Shown here: one piece after another, positions 9,224 through 18,797 of the stretch | How the letters are laid out: each line of letters begins with the position of its first letter | Position numbering within the stretch: the stretch's first letter is position 1 | Notes under the pieces: generated by a model | Told to the model about the DNA's origin: nothing | Database searches by the model: none | Seen by the model: only the letters and a program-made list of their open reading frames with translations | Translations under genes and position numbers: made by a program | IMG/VR virus record: IMGVR_UViG_3300050821_006235 | Span: 1-64,000 of that record | Direction: 5' to 3' (one strand) | DNA from: a virus | DNA length: 64,000 nt

Positions 9224-10813
9224 CTAACGCCCCGGCTTCCGCCACACGATGCCCACCGACTCCTCCGGCTCGTAAATCCGCCGGTGGTTTACCGCCAGAA
9301 TCTCCACCCGCTCCGTCAAAACCCGGATCACCTCACGGCGCCGGCTCATCGACCGGCGGAACCATTCGGCGCGGATGGCCTCCACGGTCGGCAGCATCAG
9401 CCCGTCCAGTACGGGGGCGTACCTGGATTGGTTCATGGCCGCGCGGGCCCGTGTGATCTCCGGCCCCAGGGTGGCTTCGATGCGTTCGACGGACGCCAGC
9501 GGCAGGCGTCCAGCGGCGTAGGCGTCCCTCGCCTTGTCCAGGCGGCCCTGCTTCTCGGCGATCTCCGCTTTCAGGTTGGCGGTCTTGTCGTCGGCTTTGT
9601 CGTCCTCGGCGAGCAGGTCCGCGATGTCGGGGCGGGCGAGTCGCCGCCAGATGGACAACTGCACGTAGGCGTCGACGGCGGTCACGTCCCGCGACACGCA
9701 GTACCCGCGGACACCTCCCCGCTTGGCAGCCCCGACCTTCTTGTCCGGTGTGCACGTGTACCGGCGTGCGGGAGGAGGCGCGCCGACGGTGGGGTTCTTG
9801 GTCGTGCGGATCGGCCCCCCACATACTCCGCACACATACAGCCCGGACCCGAGGTGTTTGATCTTGGTCTCTTTGACGTGCCGCCGGTCCGGCTCGGAGT
9901 ACCGCGCCACCAGCGCGTGATGGTCGGCGACGGGGATGATCGGATCCCACACGGCGGGGCCGACGACCTCTTCCCAGTACACGCTCAGCCCGGCGTACAC
10001 GGGGTTCGTGATCCGGGTGACGACCTCGGTGTGCGTCCACCCGGCCACGGACGCCACAGCCGTCGGCACACCCCGCCTGTTCAAATCGACCGCGACGGTG
10101 TGCGGGGACTCGCCTCCCATACACCGCGACCCCATCTCGGCGATCACACCCGCCGGCGTGTACTGCGAGACGGTCCCGTCGACTGCCGTGGCGGTGCGGG
10201 GAATCTGGTCGGGGTATTGGCCGACGAGTTTCCGTTTGCCCCGCTCGTCGATGGTGTACTCGCGGCGGTACCCGTACGGGCACGGCCCGGTGGGCAGGCC
10301 CTTGCGGGCGAGCGCTTCCATGGCCCGCACGATACGGCCGGATGTCTTCTCGGACTCATCCGCAGAGTCGACGCCTTCCTCGGCGAGGGTTTTGTAGTCC
10401 CGCCGGTTGCGGACGTCGTAGGTGTGGTGGTGGGAGGTGATGTGGATCAAGACGCCGAGGCGTCGGCAGAGGTTGAGGAGTTTGATCCAGCTCTCCAGGT
10501 CCCGGTCGCCACGCGAGGGTTCCCACAGGACGAGCACGTGGAACCGTTTCGCTGCGAGGTCTTCCAGGAGTTCGTTCCACTCGGGGCGCTGCCCGCCGCG
10601 TGCGAACCGGCTGGCGGACATGTCGGGGTCGGCGTAGACGCGGCCGTGGATGGCCCACCCGTGGTCGGCGCATTCGGCGCGCCCGCGGTCTTCCTGCTCG
10701 TCGACGGACCGCTGGTCGCCGTGTTTGTCGTCGCTGACCCGGCCGTACAGGACCGCGACGAGCGTTAGCCCGGCTTTGGTGGCCGCTTCCGCGAGACCTT
10801 CGGTACGTCTCAT
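9224..10813 (-). CDS. int: large serine recombinase (integrase)
   Basis: YGRVS catalytic Ser, SRGDR, PYGY recombinase domain, CGVCG..C..C zinc ribbon, coiled coil; start may be up to 10855. Confidence 0.95.
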   Translation of the reverse strand: MRRTEGLAEAATKAGLTLVAVLYGRVSDDKHGDQRSVDEQEDRGRAECADHGWAIHGRVYADPDMSASRFARGGQRPEWNELLEDLAAKRFHVLVLWEPSRGDRDLESWIKLLNLCRRLGVLIHITSHHHTYDVRNRRDYKTLAEEGVDSADESEKTSGRIVRAMEALARKGLPTGPCPYGYRREYTIDERGKRKLVGQYPDQIPRTATAVDGTVSQYTPAGVIAEMGSRCMGGESPHTVAVDLNRRGVPTAVASVAGWTHTEVVTRITNPVYAGLSVYWEEVVGPAVWDPIIPVADHHALVARYSEPDRRHVKETKIKHLGSGLYVCGVCGGPIRTTKNPTVGAPPPARRYTCTPDKKVGAAKRGGVRGYCVSRDVTAVDAYVQLSIWRRLARPDIADLLAEDDKADDKTANLKAEIAEKQGRLDKARDAYAAGRLPLASVERIEATLGPEITRARAAMNQSRYAPVLDGLMLPTVEAIRAEWFRRSMSRRREVIRVLTERVEILAVNHRRIYEPEESVGIVWRKPGR

Positions 10814-10902
10814 ACGGGCACGATAGCGCGGTATGTATTGACAGTCAGTACCCACTCAAGCGAGTATCGGCTAGACGTACATATCTCCCGTGAGGACCCC
10901 CG

Positions 10903-11598
10903 ATGCCGCTCTCCCCCGAGTCTCCGCTTCTGGCGGAGCCCGCACCACCGGTTCGCCGGTACGTCCCTGACCCGCTCGTGGTCGCCGGAGCGGACCACGC
11001 CCGCCGTAAGGGCATCCGGAACCACCAGTTCTCGGTGATCCGGGTCGGCACCCACGCCCACGTGATCAACTGCATGCACGACATGCGCGACCTGATCGCG
11101 GTCGTCGTACGAGGTACTGGCGGTCGGACGGCGCGGGTCGTCCCGGTCGCCGACGACACGTGCCCCGAGTGCCCGCAGCGGGCCGTGAAGGCTACCGAGC
11201 CGCCCGTACCCGCCGTGGGCGATGTGATCCGCGGCACCCGGAACGCGCCCTGGGTTCAGGGCCACCTGCTGTCCGAGCCGTCCCGGGTGACCGGCATCGA
11301 CGCCCGCGGCGACGGTACGTGGACCATTGCCGCCACCACGATCAGCGCGCCGTACGCGTACACCGTCCGCGCTACCCGTGAGCAGTTGGGTGCCGTTGAG
11401 TTCCTGCCGCCGGACACCAAGGCGAAGCCGAAGGCGACCGAGGCGGAACTCATGGCGATCGACGACCACGAGGAACTGTTCCGCGAGTGGGCGAACGCGG
11501 AGGGCATCACGGCGACGTACGGGTTGTTCACGGCGTGGGCCGGTTGGAACGACCTGGGTGTCACCGAGCGGGGCTTTCTGGGCGGTGTGCCGTGGTGA
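10903..11598 (+). CDS. hypothetical protein
   Basis: First gene of rightward operon, GAGG RBS. Confidence 0.7.
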   Translation: MPLSPESPLLAEPAPPVRRYVPDPLVVAGADHARRKGIRNHQFSVIRVGTHAHVINCMHDMRDLIAVVVRGTGGRTARVVPVADDTCPECPQRAVKATEPPVPAVGDVIRGTRNAPWVQGHLLSEPSRVTGIDARGDGTWTIAATTISAPYAYTVRATREQLGAVEFLPPDTKAKPKATEAELMAIDDHEELFREWANAEGITATYGLFTAWAGWNDLGVTERGFLGGVPW

Positions 11599-12053
11599 CC
11601 GATCACGCCGACGCGATGGCCGCGCCCCTGACCCAGGTGATCCACCGGGTCTCCGTGGTCGCCACCGCCGGAACCACCCCGTGGTTGGGGTTGCGTTGTT
11701 CGTGCGGCTGGTACCTCGGGTACGGCATCGCGCACCCACTGGACACGCTCGCCCAGTCGGGCGCCGACCACGTCGACCAGTCCGCGAAGCTCACCGCTGA
11801 GGACATCGCCGCGATCACCGCCGACCCGTTCGCCGGCCCTGCGCTGACCGGCTGGCGTGCCGCCCCGGACTGCGGGAAATGCTTCGACACCGGCCGGTCC
11901 AGGTGGGCCAACGCCCACGGCGGCACGACCGAAGGTCACTGCTCCTGCAAGCGGGGGCGGCGCATGTCGGAGGTGTGGCGTGCGGAGAAGGACGGGCAGG
12001 ACCACCCGGACGCCTACGTCCAGGAAGAGCCGGACTGGGCGGACGAGCTGTGA
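11595..12053 (+). CDS. hypothetical Cys-rich protein
   Basis: CSCG, CGKC, CSC motifs; GTGA coupling. Confidence 0.65.
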   Translation: MTDHADAMAAPLTQVIHRVSVVATAGTTPWLGLRCSCGWYLGYGIAHPLDTLAQSGADHVDQSAKLTAEDIAAITADPFAGPALTGWRAAPDCGKCFDTGRSRWANAHGGTTEGHCSCKRGRRMSEVWRAEKDGQDHPDAYVQEEPDWADEL

Positions 12054-12361
12054 GCACCGCTCTGATCACCCTGCCCGAGCGTGACGACATGCTGCGCCGC
12101 CTCACCGCCGTGGACAACACCGACCACATGATCGCGGGTCTCTACCCGCTGATCTTGAAGGGTGCCGGTCAGCCCAAGACGGCTCTCGGGGTCATCCTGC
12201 TGATCCAGCTGGCCATCTTCGACTACTGCGCGGGCCTGCCGCCGGTCATGGGGCTGGCACTCGGGATGAGGCTCAGCGAGTACGTGGCCGCCCTCATCGA
12301 CGACGAGGACGTTCGCGGTGACGCGCTCGCGGAGATCCGCAACATCAAGGCGGCCACCTGA
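12050..12361 (+). CDS. hypothetical protein
   Basis: GTGA coupling. Confidence 0.65.
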   Translation: MSTALITLPERDDMLRRLTAVDNTDHMIAGLYPLILKGAGQPKTALGVILLIQLAIFDYCAGLPPVMGLALGMRLSEYVAALIDDEDVRGDALAEIRNIKAAT

Positions 12362-12537
12362 TGAGCACCGAGCAGATGGCCGCCGCTCTGGCCGCCGCGA
12401 TCGTGGCCCGTGCGGACGCTGACGCCGCGCGGGCAGGTGAGGAGCACCCGGCGCACTGGCTGGCATCCGAGGCCGCAAGCGAGCGGTACAAGCCCAAGCA
12501 CGCGGCCGTGCCCACCGGAACGGAGCCCTCATGCTGA
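12361..12537 (+). CDS. small hypothetical protein
   Basis: 58 aa MSTEQMAAAL..., TGATG coupling (read by hand). Confidence 0.5.
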   Translation: MSTEQMAAALAAAIVARADADAARAGEEHPAHWLASEAASERYKPKHAAVPTGTEPSC

Positions 12538-13097
12538 CCCCCGGGAACCTCTGTTTTGTGGACTGCGAGTCGACTGGCCTGGACCCGCGCGTCCACCAGC
12601 CGTGGGAAGTGGCTGTGATCCTCCGTGAGCTGGGCCTGCCCGACGAAGAGCACGTCTGGCAGATCCGCCCCGACCTCGACAAGGCCGACCCGAAGGCGCT
12701 GGAGATCGGACGGTACCGGGAGCGGTTCGCCGTCCCTGACGGGTGCGAGGCGACCTCATGCGTCCAGGGCAACGGCCCGTGGAGACTGCGCGCCGGCGAA
12801 GCGGCCATGGAGATCCAAGACGTCCTGCGGGACGCCCATCTAGTCGCGGCGGTCCCCTCCTTTGACGACGGGATGCTCAAGGCGCTCATGGGGCGCTGGA
12901 ACTTCCGCATCCTCTGGAACTACCGGCTGATCTGTGCGGAGACCCTCGTGTGCGGTGCATTGCGTCAGCCGGTGCCGGATGGCCTCAAGGCCGCCGCTGA
13001 CGCGATGGGCGTCACGTACGACGCGGGTGAGTTGCATACCGCTCTCGGTGACGCACGGCTGTGCCGGGACGTGTACGACGCGGTGATGTCCCGGTGA
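12531..13097 (+). CDS. DEDD (DnaQ-like) 3'-5' exonuclease
   Basis: FVDCESTGLD, SFD, HTALGDA motifs. Confidence 0.9.
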   Translation: MLTPGNLCFVDCESTGLDPRVHQPWEVAVILRELGLPDEEHVWQIRPDLDKADPKALEIGRYRERFAVPDGCEATSCVQGNGPWRLRAGEAAMEIQDVLRDAHLVAAVPSFDDGMLKALMGRWNFRILWNYRLICAETLVCGALRQPVPDGLKAAADAMGVTYDAGELHTALGDARLCRDVYDAVMSR

Positions 13098-13267
13098 TCA
13101 CCTACCGCTGGACCTCTCCCGGCTCGCCGATGTACTCCCCTCCGCCGTCCAGGTGGCGGCAGGCAGCCCACGCTCTCGGTGCCCGCGCCGCCCGCTTGCT
13201 GGTCTTGCTGGTCCTGCTGGTCGCTTTCGAGGTGGCCATGGTGTTCCAGGCCGGAGGTTGGGCGTGA
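13094..13267 (+). CDS. small membrane protein
   Basis: C-terminal hydrophobic stretch. Confidence 0.5.
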   Translation: MITYRWTSPGSPMYSPPPSRWRQAAHALGARAARLLVLLVLLVAFEVAMVFQAGGWA

Positions 13268-13470
13268 CCGCCCAGTGGATCCGGGAGTACTACCAGGTGC
13301 CCGCCAAGCGCTGGATGCGGATCAAGTTCCAGGGCCGACCGGGCGTGATCACCAGCTTCGGCCGTGCCTGCCTGCGTGTTCGGCTGGACGGCGAAACGCG
13401 CAGCATCCCCTGTCACCCGACGCGGGAGATCCAGTACCCGACCACCACCGACCGAGAGGCCACACCGTGA
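13264..13470 (+). CDS. small SH3-like phage protein
   Basis: WIREYYQVPAKRWMRIKFQGRPGVITS..LRVRLDG..CHPT, recurrent phage family. Confidence 0.7.
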   Translation: MTAQWIREYYQVPAKRWMRIKFQGRPGVITSFGRACLRVRLDGETRSIPCHPTREIQYPTTTDREATP

Positions 13471-13781
13471 CCACCGACACCGCCGAAGGCGTGCCCTTCG
13501 ATGCCGCTTGGGCCGAGCACGTCGCCTACGCCCGCCGAACCGCCGACGCCCTCAAGACGTTCCTCGTCACGGCGGACCGTGCGCTCCGGCAAGCGTCCAA
13601 GGAACTCCGCGAACTCGGGAACATCACCTGCGACGGAGAGTGCTGCGGCGCAGTCTCCGACATCGGCGACGCCGAGCACGAGCACCAGGTTGCGATGCGG
13701 GCGCTCCGCCACATGGAGCGGGTCGCCGACGACCTGTCCCGCCGGGCGGCGTCCGTGACGACCGAGGAGACCACGCCGTGA
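13467..13781 (+). CDS. hypothetical protein
   Basis: Coupled ORF. Confidence 0.65.
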   Translation: MTTDTAEGVPFDAAWAEHVAYARRTADALKTFLVTADRALRQASKELRELGNITCDGECCGAVSDIGDAEHEHQVAMRALRHMERVADDLSRRAASVTTEETTP

Positions 13782-13918
13782 CTCGGATCCTGTTCTACCC
13801 GGGCCCCGGGGCGGGACTGCCACCGACGATCACCCGATGCGGCGAATGCTCGTCGCTGGTCTTGGCCATCGACGAGGACCATCACCGCGCTTGGCATGAG
13901 AGGACGGTGGCGAATTGA
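13778..13918 (+). CDS. small zinc-finger protein
   Basis: CGEC..HHRAWH. Confidence 0.55.
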   Translation: MTRILFYPGPGAGLPPTITRCGECSSLVLAIDEDHHRAWHERTVAN

Positions 13919-14319
13919 GCATCAACGTGGCGACCCGTGACTTCTCCCTCGGCGACGTCCTTTCGGTCATGACCGGGAGGGGCTTGGCCCCGTACGCCAA
14001 CATCCGGCTGATCCTCAACTGGATGTCGGGTGAGAGCCTCCACCAGCACCAGCTCCCGCGAGTGGCCGAGGAGTGCCAGCCCGCCCTCCGTGCACAGCAC
14101 CCCGAACTCGCTGCGATCGTCGTCCCCGACGGGCTGCAAGGCAAGGACGCCTGCCTTGCGTGGCTGGACACGCAGGCCGCCCAGTACGGCGCGATGCACC
14201 CCGTGGTGCCGCTGGCCAGCGAGGACCATACCCGCATCGACCCGATCGCTGAGTTCCGAACGATGGCCCCGAACGTGCCGATCCTTCCCGTTGTCCTTCC
14301 GCAGGGAGATGCTCGATGA
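13915..14319 (+). CDS. conserved phage hypothetical protein
   Basis: FSLGDVLSVMTG..LNWMSGESL..HQLPR..L..QHPEL. Confidence 0.7.
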   Translation: MSINVATRDFSLGDVLSVMTGRGLAPYANIRLILNWMSGESLHQHQLPRVAEECQPALRAQHPELAAIVVPDGLQGKDACLAWLDTQAAQYGAMHPVVPLASEDHTRIDPIAEFRTMAPNVPILPVVLPQGDAR

Positions 14320-14714
14320 GGCCCGACACCAAGAGCCTGCTCCGCAGCGGCCCGCACCTGTGCGGGGATCCGGCCTGCCCGCAATGCTTCGGCGAGCCCC
14401 CGGAAGAGATCAACGGGGAGGCGCTCACCGAAGTCGGACGGCTCCGCGAGGAGCTGGCCGCCGCGAAGGAAGCGGCCGAAGGAGCCGTGGCCGCCGCGCG
14501 AACGCTCGGCACGCAGCACCGCGCAACCGAGCTTTACCTCCGTGGTCAGATCTCGGTCGCCTACGCGGCCTTGCAGGGCGCGGACCAGTACTGCCCCGAC
14601 CTCGACGATCACGGCAGCCAGATGTCCGACGTGTGCGAGGTCTGCATGCAGGCCGGGCTGGTCCGGACGGCGCTCGCTGCCCTGGACGCGGAGGTGCCCG
14701 ATGACGACACCTGA
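14316..14714 (+). CDS. hypothetical Cys-containing protein
   Basis: ATGA coupling. Confidence 0.65.
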   Translation: MRPDTKSLLRSGPHLCGDPACPQCFGEPPEEINGEALTEVGRLREELAAAKEAAEGAVAAARTLGTQHRATELYLRGQISVAYAALQGADQYCPDLDDHGSQMSDVCEVCMQAGLVRTALAALDAEVPDDDT

Positions 14715-15210
14715 GACCCTCACCCCCCGGGAGGTCGCAGCCCGGCAGCTCCGCAGGCAGTTGCCGAGGGTCTTCAATGCGGGCGACCTCGGACTGTCCG
14801 GCCCGGCCGACGCCGACGACGTTGTGGCCATCGTCCTGTCCGCTCTCGCCGAGGCCGGGATGGTGCTCACGGCCTTCTCCCGGTGCTCGTGCCGGAAGAC
14901 GCCCCTCGACTACGAAGGCCCAGAGCGGGACTGCCCCGTCCACGGGGAGCCCGAGGTGATGCTCGCCGAGGTGACCGACGAGCGGGACAACCACGCCGAC
15001 AGGATCGCGCTCGCCGTGGAGAAGGCCTCACAGCGGTCGGAAGCCCTGTACGCGGCACGGGACCGCACACCCTCAGACCAGCGGGAGCGGCGTATCCGGT
15101 TCGAGCAGGTCGCGAACGAGTTGGACGAGATCCGGCGGATCCTCGAACCCGCCGCCAGCCGGTCGCAGGTTCGCCGGCACGGCATTCAGCAAGGAGACGA
15201 CCGTGCCTGA
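14701..15210 (+). CDS. hypothetical protein (CSC..CPVHG)
   Basis: GGAGG RBS, MTTPETL... Confidence 0.65.
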   Translation: MTTPETLTPREVAARQLRRQLPRVFNAGDLGLSGPADADDVVAIVLSALAEAGMVLTAFSRCSCRKTPLDYEGPERDCPVHGEPEVMLAEVTDERDNHADRIALAVEKASQRSEALYAARDRTPSDQRERRIRFEQVANELDEIRRILEPAASRSQVRRHGIQQGDDRA

Positions 15211-15574
15211 CCGCTTCCGCTGCCCAGACCCGACCTGCGACGCCGCCGAATGGGAGATCCACCAGGACGCCCAGACCGGCGAACTGGTCGCCGTGTGTGC
15301 GCACTGCAAGGGAACCCACCCGATCTACACCGGGGACGACCTCGCCGACGCCGAAGCCTGCGGCGTCCAGTGGGCGGAGAACCTCGCCCGCGACATCGCC
15401 GCCGCCCTCGACGGCCTCGACCGGCCGGACGCCTCCGAGTGGGCGGAGCGCCTCCATTGGTTCGCCAACCGGATCCGCGGCGGCCAGCTGTCCATCCACG
15501 CGGACGAGGAGCTCCGGGCGCGGTTCGGCCTCCCGGCCGGCTACCTCGCCGACAAGTCCGAGGATCCGGAGTGA
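15203..15574 (+). CDS. hypothetical zinc-ribbon protein
   Basis: CPDPTC..CAHC; AAGGAG RBS. Confidence 0.7.
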   Translation: MPDRFRCPDPTCDAAEWEIHQDAQTGELVAVCAHCKGTHPIYTGDDLADAEACGVQWAENLARDIAAALDGLDRPDASEWAERLHWFANRIRGGQLSIHADEELRARFGLPAGYLADKSEDPE

Positions 15575-15759
15575 CCACCATCGCGACCGACCAGCCCGTA
15601 CGCATCGACCCGGCAGGGATGTCCCGCGCCAAGTTGGCCGGCAGGGCATGCGCCGTGTGCGACAAGCGGTGGCCGAGGCCGCAGCGGGTTGTCGGGGTGT
15701 GGCCGGACGGTCGGCCGGCGAAGTTGTGTCCGGACTGCGCTGGGGGGTTGGCGCCGTGA
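15571..15759 (+). CDS. small zinc-finger protein
   Basis: CAVC..CPDC. Confidence 0.55.
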   Translation: MTTIATDQPVRIDPAGMSRAKLAGRACAVCDKRWPRPQRVVGVWPDGRPAKLCPDCAGGLAP

Positions 15760-15809
15760 TCGCCCTTGCTAACGTTGTCGCTACCAGCGACGACGACCCG
15801 GAGGCAGTC

Positions 15810-16043
15810 ATGGCCGTGCACTATGTGGGCTTGGCCGGTGTCGCCGCCTGGTTCGACAATGCCACGGCCGCGACGGTGAGCAAGTGGTTGAGCCGGTATG
15901 CGGAGACGCACCCGTGCCCAGAGCCGGACGTGGAGATCGACGGGCGGCCCGGCTGGTTGCCGGAGCGTAGGGCCGAGTGGGAGGCGTGGCGGGTGTCGCG
16001 TCCAGGGCAGGGCACGGGCGGCGGTCCGAAGCCAAGCAGGTAG
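15810..16043 (+). CDS. small AlpA/MerR-like HTH DNA-binding protein
   Basis: YVGLAGVAAWF..ATVSKWLSRY..PEPD..RPGW..SRPGQG. Confidence 0.7.
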   Translation: MAVHYVGLAGVAAWFDNATAATVSKWLSRYAETHPCPEPDVEIDGRPGWLPERRAEWEAWRVSRPGQGTGGGPKPSR

Positions 16044-16053
16044 CGCCAAGATT

Positions 16054-16117
16054 CTTTGTCGAATACATAGACAGGTGACTCCTCAGCGCCCTATCTTTGT
16101 CTATGTAGGCGACAAAG
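16054..16117 (+). promoter_or_regulatory. promoter TAGACA-N18-TATCTT overlapped by paired palindromic operators
   Basis: 20-bp inverted arms at 16054-16073 and 16098-16117 (18/20 match), each CTTTGTC-N9-GACA. Confidence 0.7.
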
Positions 16118-16137
16118 TCTTAGCGAGGGAGACCAAG

Positions 16138-16599
16138 ATGGCCAGCACGAACACCACCGCCACCGCGGCGGCGACCCTGGCCGGGGTCTCCCTCTCCACC
16201 ATCCGCACCTGGTGCCGCGTCGGCGCCGTCGCAGCCGTCAAGACGGCGGGCAAGTGGGTCATCGACGCTGCGAGCCTCGCCCGCCGCATCGCGATCGGCG
16301 CTCAGCGTGAGGACGCCCGCATCGCCGCCATCGAGGCCGCCGCCGACCTCGTCGACACCAGCGCCTTCAAGGACGCGAAGAAGGCCCGCGACAAGGCCGT
16401 TCAGATCTTGATCGACCGCAGCCTCGTCGCGACCCGCCACGAGGGCCAGTTCTTGGTGGTCGGTTCGGATGCCGAGCACACCTACCTCGTTGAGACCGTG
16501 GGCGAGCGTTCCTGCCTCTGCAAGGGATCGGCCCACTGGGGCCGGTGCTCGCACCTGCTCGCCGCTGACATCAACAAGATCCTCACCCTCGCCGCCTGA
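16138..16599 (+). CDS. HTH plus SWIM zinc-finger protein
   Basis: AAATLAGVSLSTIRTWCR..WVID; C-terminal CLC..RCSH. Confidence 0.8.
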   Translation: MASTNTTATAAATLAGVSLSTIRTWCRVGAVAAVKTAGKWVIDAASLARRIAIGAQREDARIAAIEAAADLVDTSAFKDAKKARDKAVQILIDRSLVATRHEGQFLVVGSDAEHTYLVETVGERSCLCKGSAHWGRCSHLLAADINKILTLAA

Positions 16600-16638
16600 A
16601 CCGCCCACCGCCGCCCCACCTACTCGCAGGGAGCCGAG

Positions 16639-16905
16639 ATGCCCGCCACCGACCGCACACTCACCGAGCGGCTAACCCCGCAACAGATGAACATCCTCGG
16701 AGTGGTCAAGGAATGCGGCCCCGTGACCGCGTCCAAGGTGGGCGGCCACCTGCGGATCAGCTACAGCTCAGCTCACTCCGGGCTTCAGGCGCTGGAGCGA
16801 AAGGGCCTCGTTGGCGCGGTCTACACGGGCCAGCGCATGCGTGGCCGCGCCTACGAGGCCAGCCGGCGCGGCAGGACCGTCGCGAGTGACGCCTTCGAGG
16901 ACTGA
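16639..16905 (+). CDS. winged-HTH protein
   Basis: LTPQQMNIL..TASKVGGHLRISYSSAHSGLQALERKGLV. Confidence 0.75.
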   Translation: MPATDRTLTERLTPQQMNILGVVKECGPVTASKVGGHLRISYSSAHSGLQALERKGLVGAVYTGQRMRGRAYEASRRGRTVASDAFED

Positions 16906-16996
16906 CCCCCTGACCTCCCTGGGGCCGGAGCTCCATTCCCCTTGCCTCCGGCCTCAGGGACCCCCAACCCGCCCGAGATCAACGAGAGGACCCAAG

Positions 16997-17458
16997 ATGA
17001 CCACCAGCCCTCCCGCCCCGCAGGTCGAGCGCAACGAGCGCACTTCCGGCACCATCACCGAGATCGTGTGGACCGCCCGGGACGGCGAGACCGTGGCGGC
17101 CTTCGCCGTCCAGCACGACACCGCCGCGAAGACCGAGTTCTTCACCGAGCCCATCGAGACCTGGTCGGCCCCGCACCTCGGCATCCACCGCTCGGTACCG
17201 CTGAGCGCGACCGGGAGCGGCCATTGCCGGGTCATCGGCGGGCCGTGCTCCCACACGACCTCCGGCACGGTCGACGCCGCGAAGCTCCTGATCCGCTGGC
17301 GCGAGGCGGAGCAGGATGACGCGGTCATCGCCGACGCGCTGGCCGACCTGCTCGCATCGGAGACCGAGACCGCCGCCGACCCGGACGGGGTCGAGGGGTG
17401 GAAGGCCCGCATCCTGGCCGGTACCGAGCCGAAGAAGTTCATCGAGTTCCCGGCCTGA
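16997..17458 (+). CDS. hypothetical protein
   Basis: GAGAGGA RBS. Confidence 0.65.
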   Translation: MTTSPPAPQVERNERTSGTITEIVWTARDGETVAAFAVQHDTAAKTEFFTEPIETWSAPHLGIHRSVPLSATGSGHCRVIGGPCSHTTSGTVDAAKLLIRWREAEQDDAVIADALADLLASETETAADPDGVEGWKARILAGTEPKKFIEFPA

Positions 17459-17527
17459 CGCTGCGTCCTGCCGGATCCCAAGCGGGTCCGGCTCACGGAA
17501 CGCCAAGCCCCCGAGAAAGGGAACCGC

Positions 17528-18139
17528 ATGCTGGAGATGAAGGACTGGCGTGGGAACGCGCTGACGCCCGGGTGCGTGGTGCTGTACCCGCGCACGTCGG
17601 GGCGGTCCTGCGAGGTACAGGAGGGGATCCTGCTGGACGTGTGGCGGGTCTACAAGCCGCCGGGTTCGTGGGAGTGGAAGCGGCTCCACGACGGCCAGGA
17701 CGTGCCCACCGAGGAGGTTCCCGAGTGGGATCGCCACTTCGACCCCGCGAAGCCCACCCGGCCTTGTGAGAACGAGTTGCGGGTGCGTATCCAGCCGACC
17801 CGGTCCAGCCGCGACTTCCACCGTGGCGGCATGACCTGGGACCGGGAGGCAGGCAAGTACGAGCCTCCGGCCGAGTTCAAGCCGATCACCCTGACGATCT
17901 GCGAGAACGTCACGTTCCTCGCCCCGGCTTCCCCTGAAGCGGAGATACGGCACAGGTCGGCACCGTGGGTGTTCCTGGTCAGCCAGCACGTCACGGTCAC
18001 GGACAAGGAGGGAACCGTCACCGGGCTGCTGACTGGCGTGTCCGTGGACGTGATCAGGGTCTGGACGGAGCAGGGCGAGTGCGCTGTGCCGACCGAGAGC
18101 GTCGTCTCGGTCGTCCCGGCAGACGCGAAGGAGACCTGA
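17528..18139 (+). CDS. hypothetical protein
   Basis: RBS; DWRGNALTPG..YP phage-type N-terminus. Confidence 0.7.
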   Translation: MLEMKDWRGNALTPGCVVLYPRTSGRSCEVQEGILLDVWRVYKPPGSWEWKRLHDGQDVPTEEVPEWDRHFDPAKPTRPCENELRVRIQPTRSSRDFHRGGMTWDREAGKYEPPAEFKPITLTICENVTFLAPASPEAEIRHRSAPWVFLVSQHVTVTDKEGTVTGLLTGVSVDVIRVWTEQGECAVPTESVVSVVPADAKET

Positions 18140-18140
18140 G

Positions 18141-18356
18141 ATGCCCACCACCCACACCGAGTACGCCGTCCGCTACACCGTCACCCAGTACGGCAAGCCC
18201 GCGGTCATCGTCGAGGAGGCCCTGCGCTCCGAGGACCCGCGGGCGGCCGAGCCGATCCTTCGGGCGGCCCTGAGCTTGCAGGACAAGCTCGGCATCGACC
18301 GGGACGCCGTGATCGTCTCCCGCACCGTCGCCGTGTCGGACTGGGCGGAGGAGTAG
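18141..18356 (+). CDS. hypothetical protein
   Basis: RBS, operonic. Confidence 0.6.
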   Translation: MPTTHTEYAVRYTVTQYGKPAVIVEEALRSEDPRAAEPILRAALSLQDKLGIDRDAVIVSRTVAVSDWAEE

Positions 18357-18358
18357 CC

Positions 18359-18577
18359 GTGGACTTCACCGATGGCCGCCAGATGCTCGCCGACGTCGCC
18401 GCCCTCATCGACGCGCTAGACGCCGTACAGGCCGCTAAGACGCCCGAGGAGGAAGCCGCCGCGAAGCTGCGTGTTGAGGTTGAGTGCGCTCTCGGGCACG
18501 CGGCGTCGATGGAGCGGGCACGCGCCCGAGCCCTCGACATGATCCGCCGGCCGTTCCGTTTCGACGAGGAGACCTGA
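18359..18577 (+). CDS. hypothetical protein
   Basis: RBS, operonic. Confidence 0.6.
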   Translation: MDFTDGRQMLADVAALIDALDAVQAAKTPEEEAAAKLRVEVECALGHAASMERARARALDMIRRPFRFDEET

Positions 18578-18578
18578 C

Positions 18579-18797
18579 GTGCCCGAGACCGACGACGTGA
18601 CCCCGAAGCGCGGGATGCGTTTCCTGCACCGGCACTGGGTCACCGAGGCCCGCACCCCGGAGGAATGCGTGGTCACCCGGGTGACTTCGCTGGCCGTGTT
18701 CTACCGGGTGGGCGGCGCTGACGGTGCCAAGTACTACCTCGACCGGGACAAGTTCCCGACGATCGTGAAGGAGTGGATCACCGATGACCGGACCTGA
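18579..18797 (+). CDS. hypothetical protein
   Basis: RBS, operonic. Confidence 0.6.
   Translation: MPETDDVTPKRGMRFLHRHWVTEARTPEECVVTRVTSLAVFYRVGGADGAKYYLDRDKFPTIVKEWITDDRT

Noticed and set aside
9215-10768. 517-aa plus-strand ORF
   Set aside because: Antisense shadow of the serine integrase
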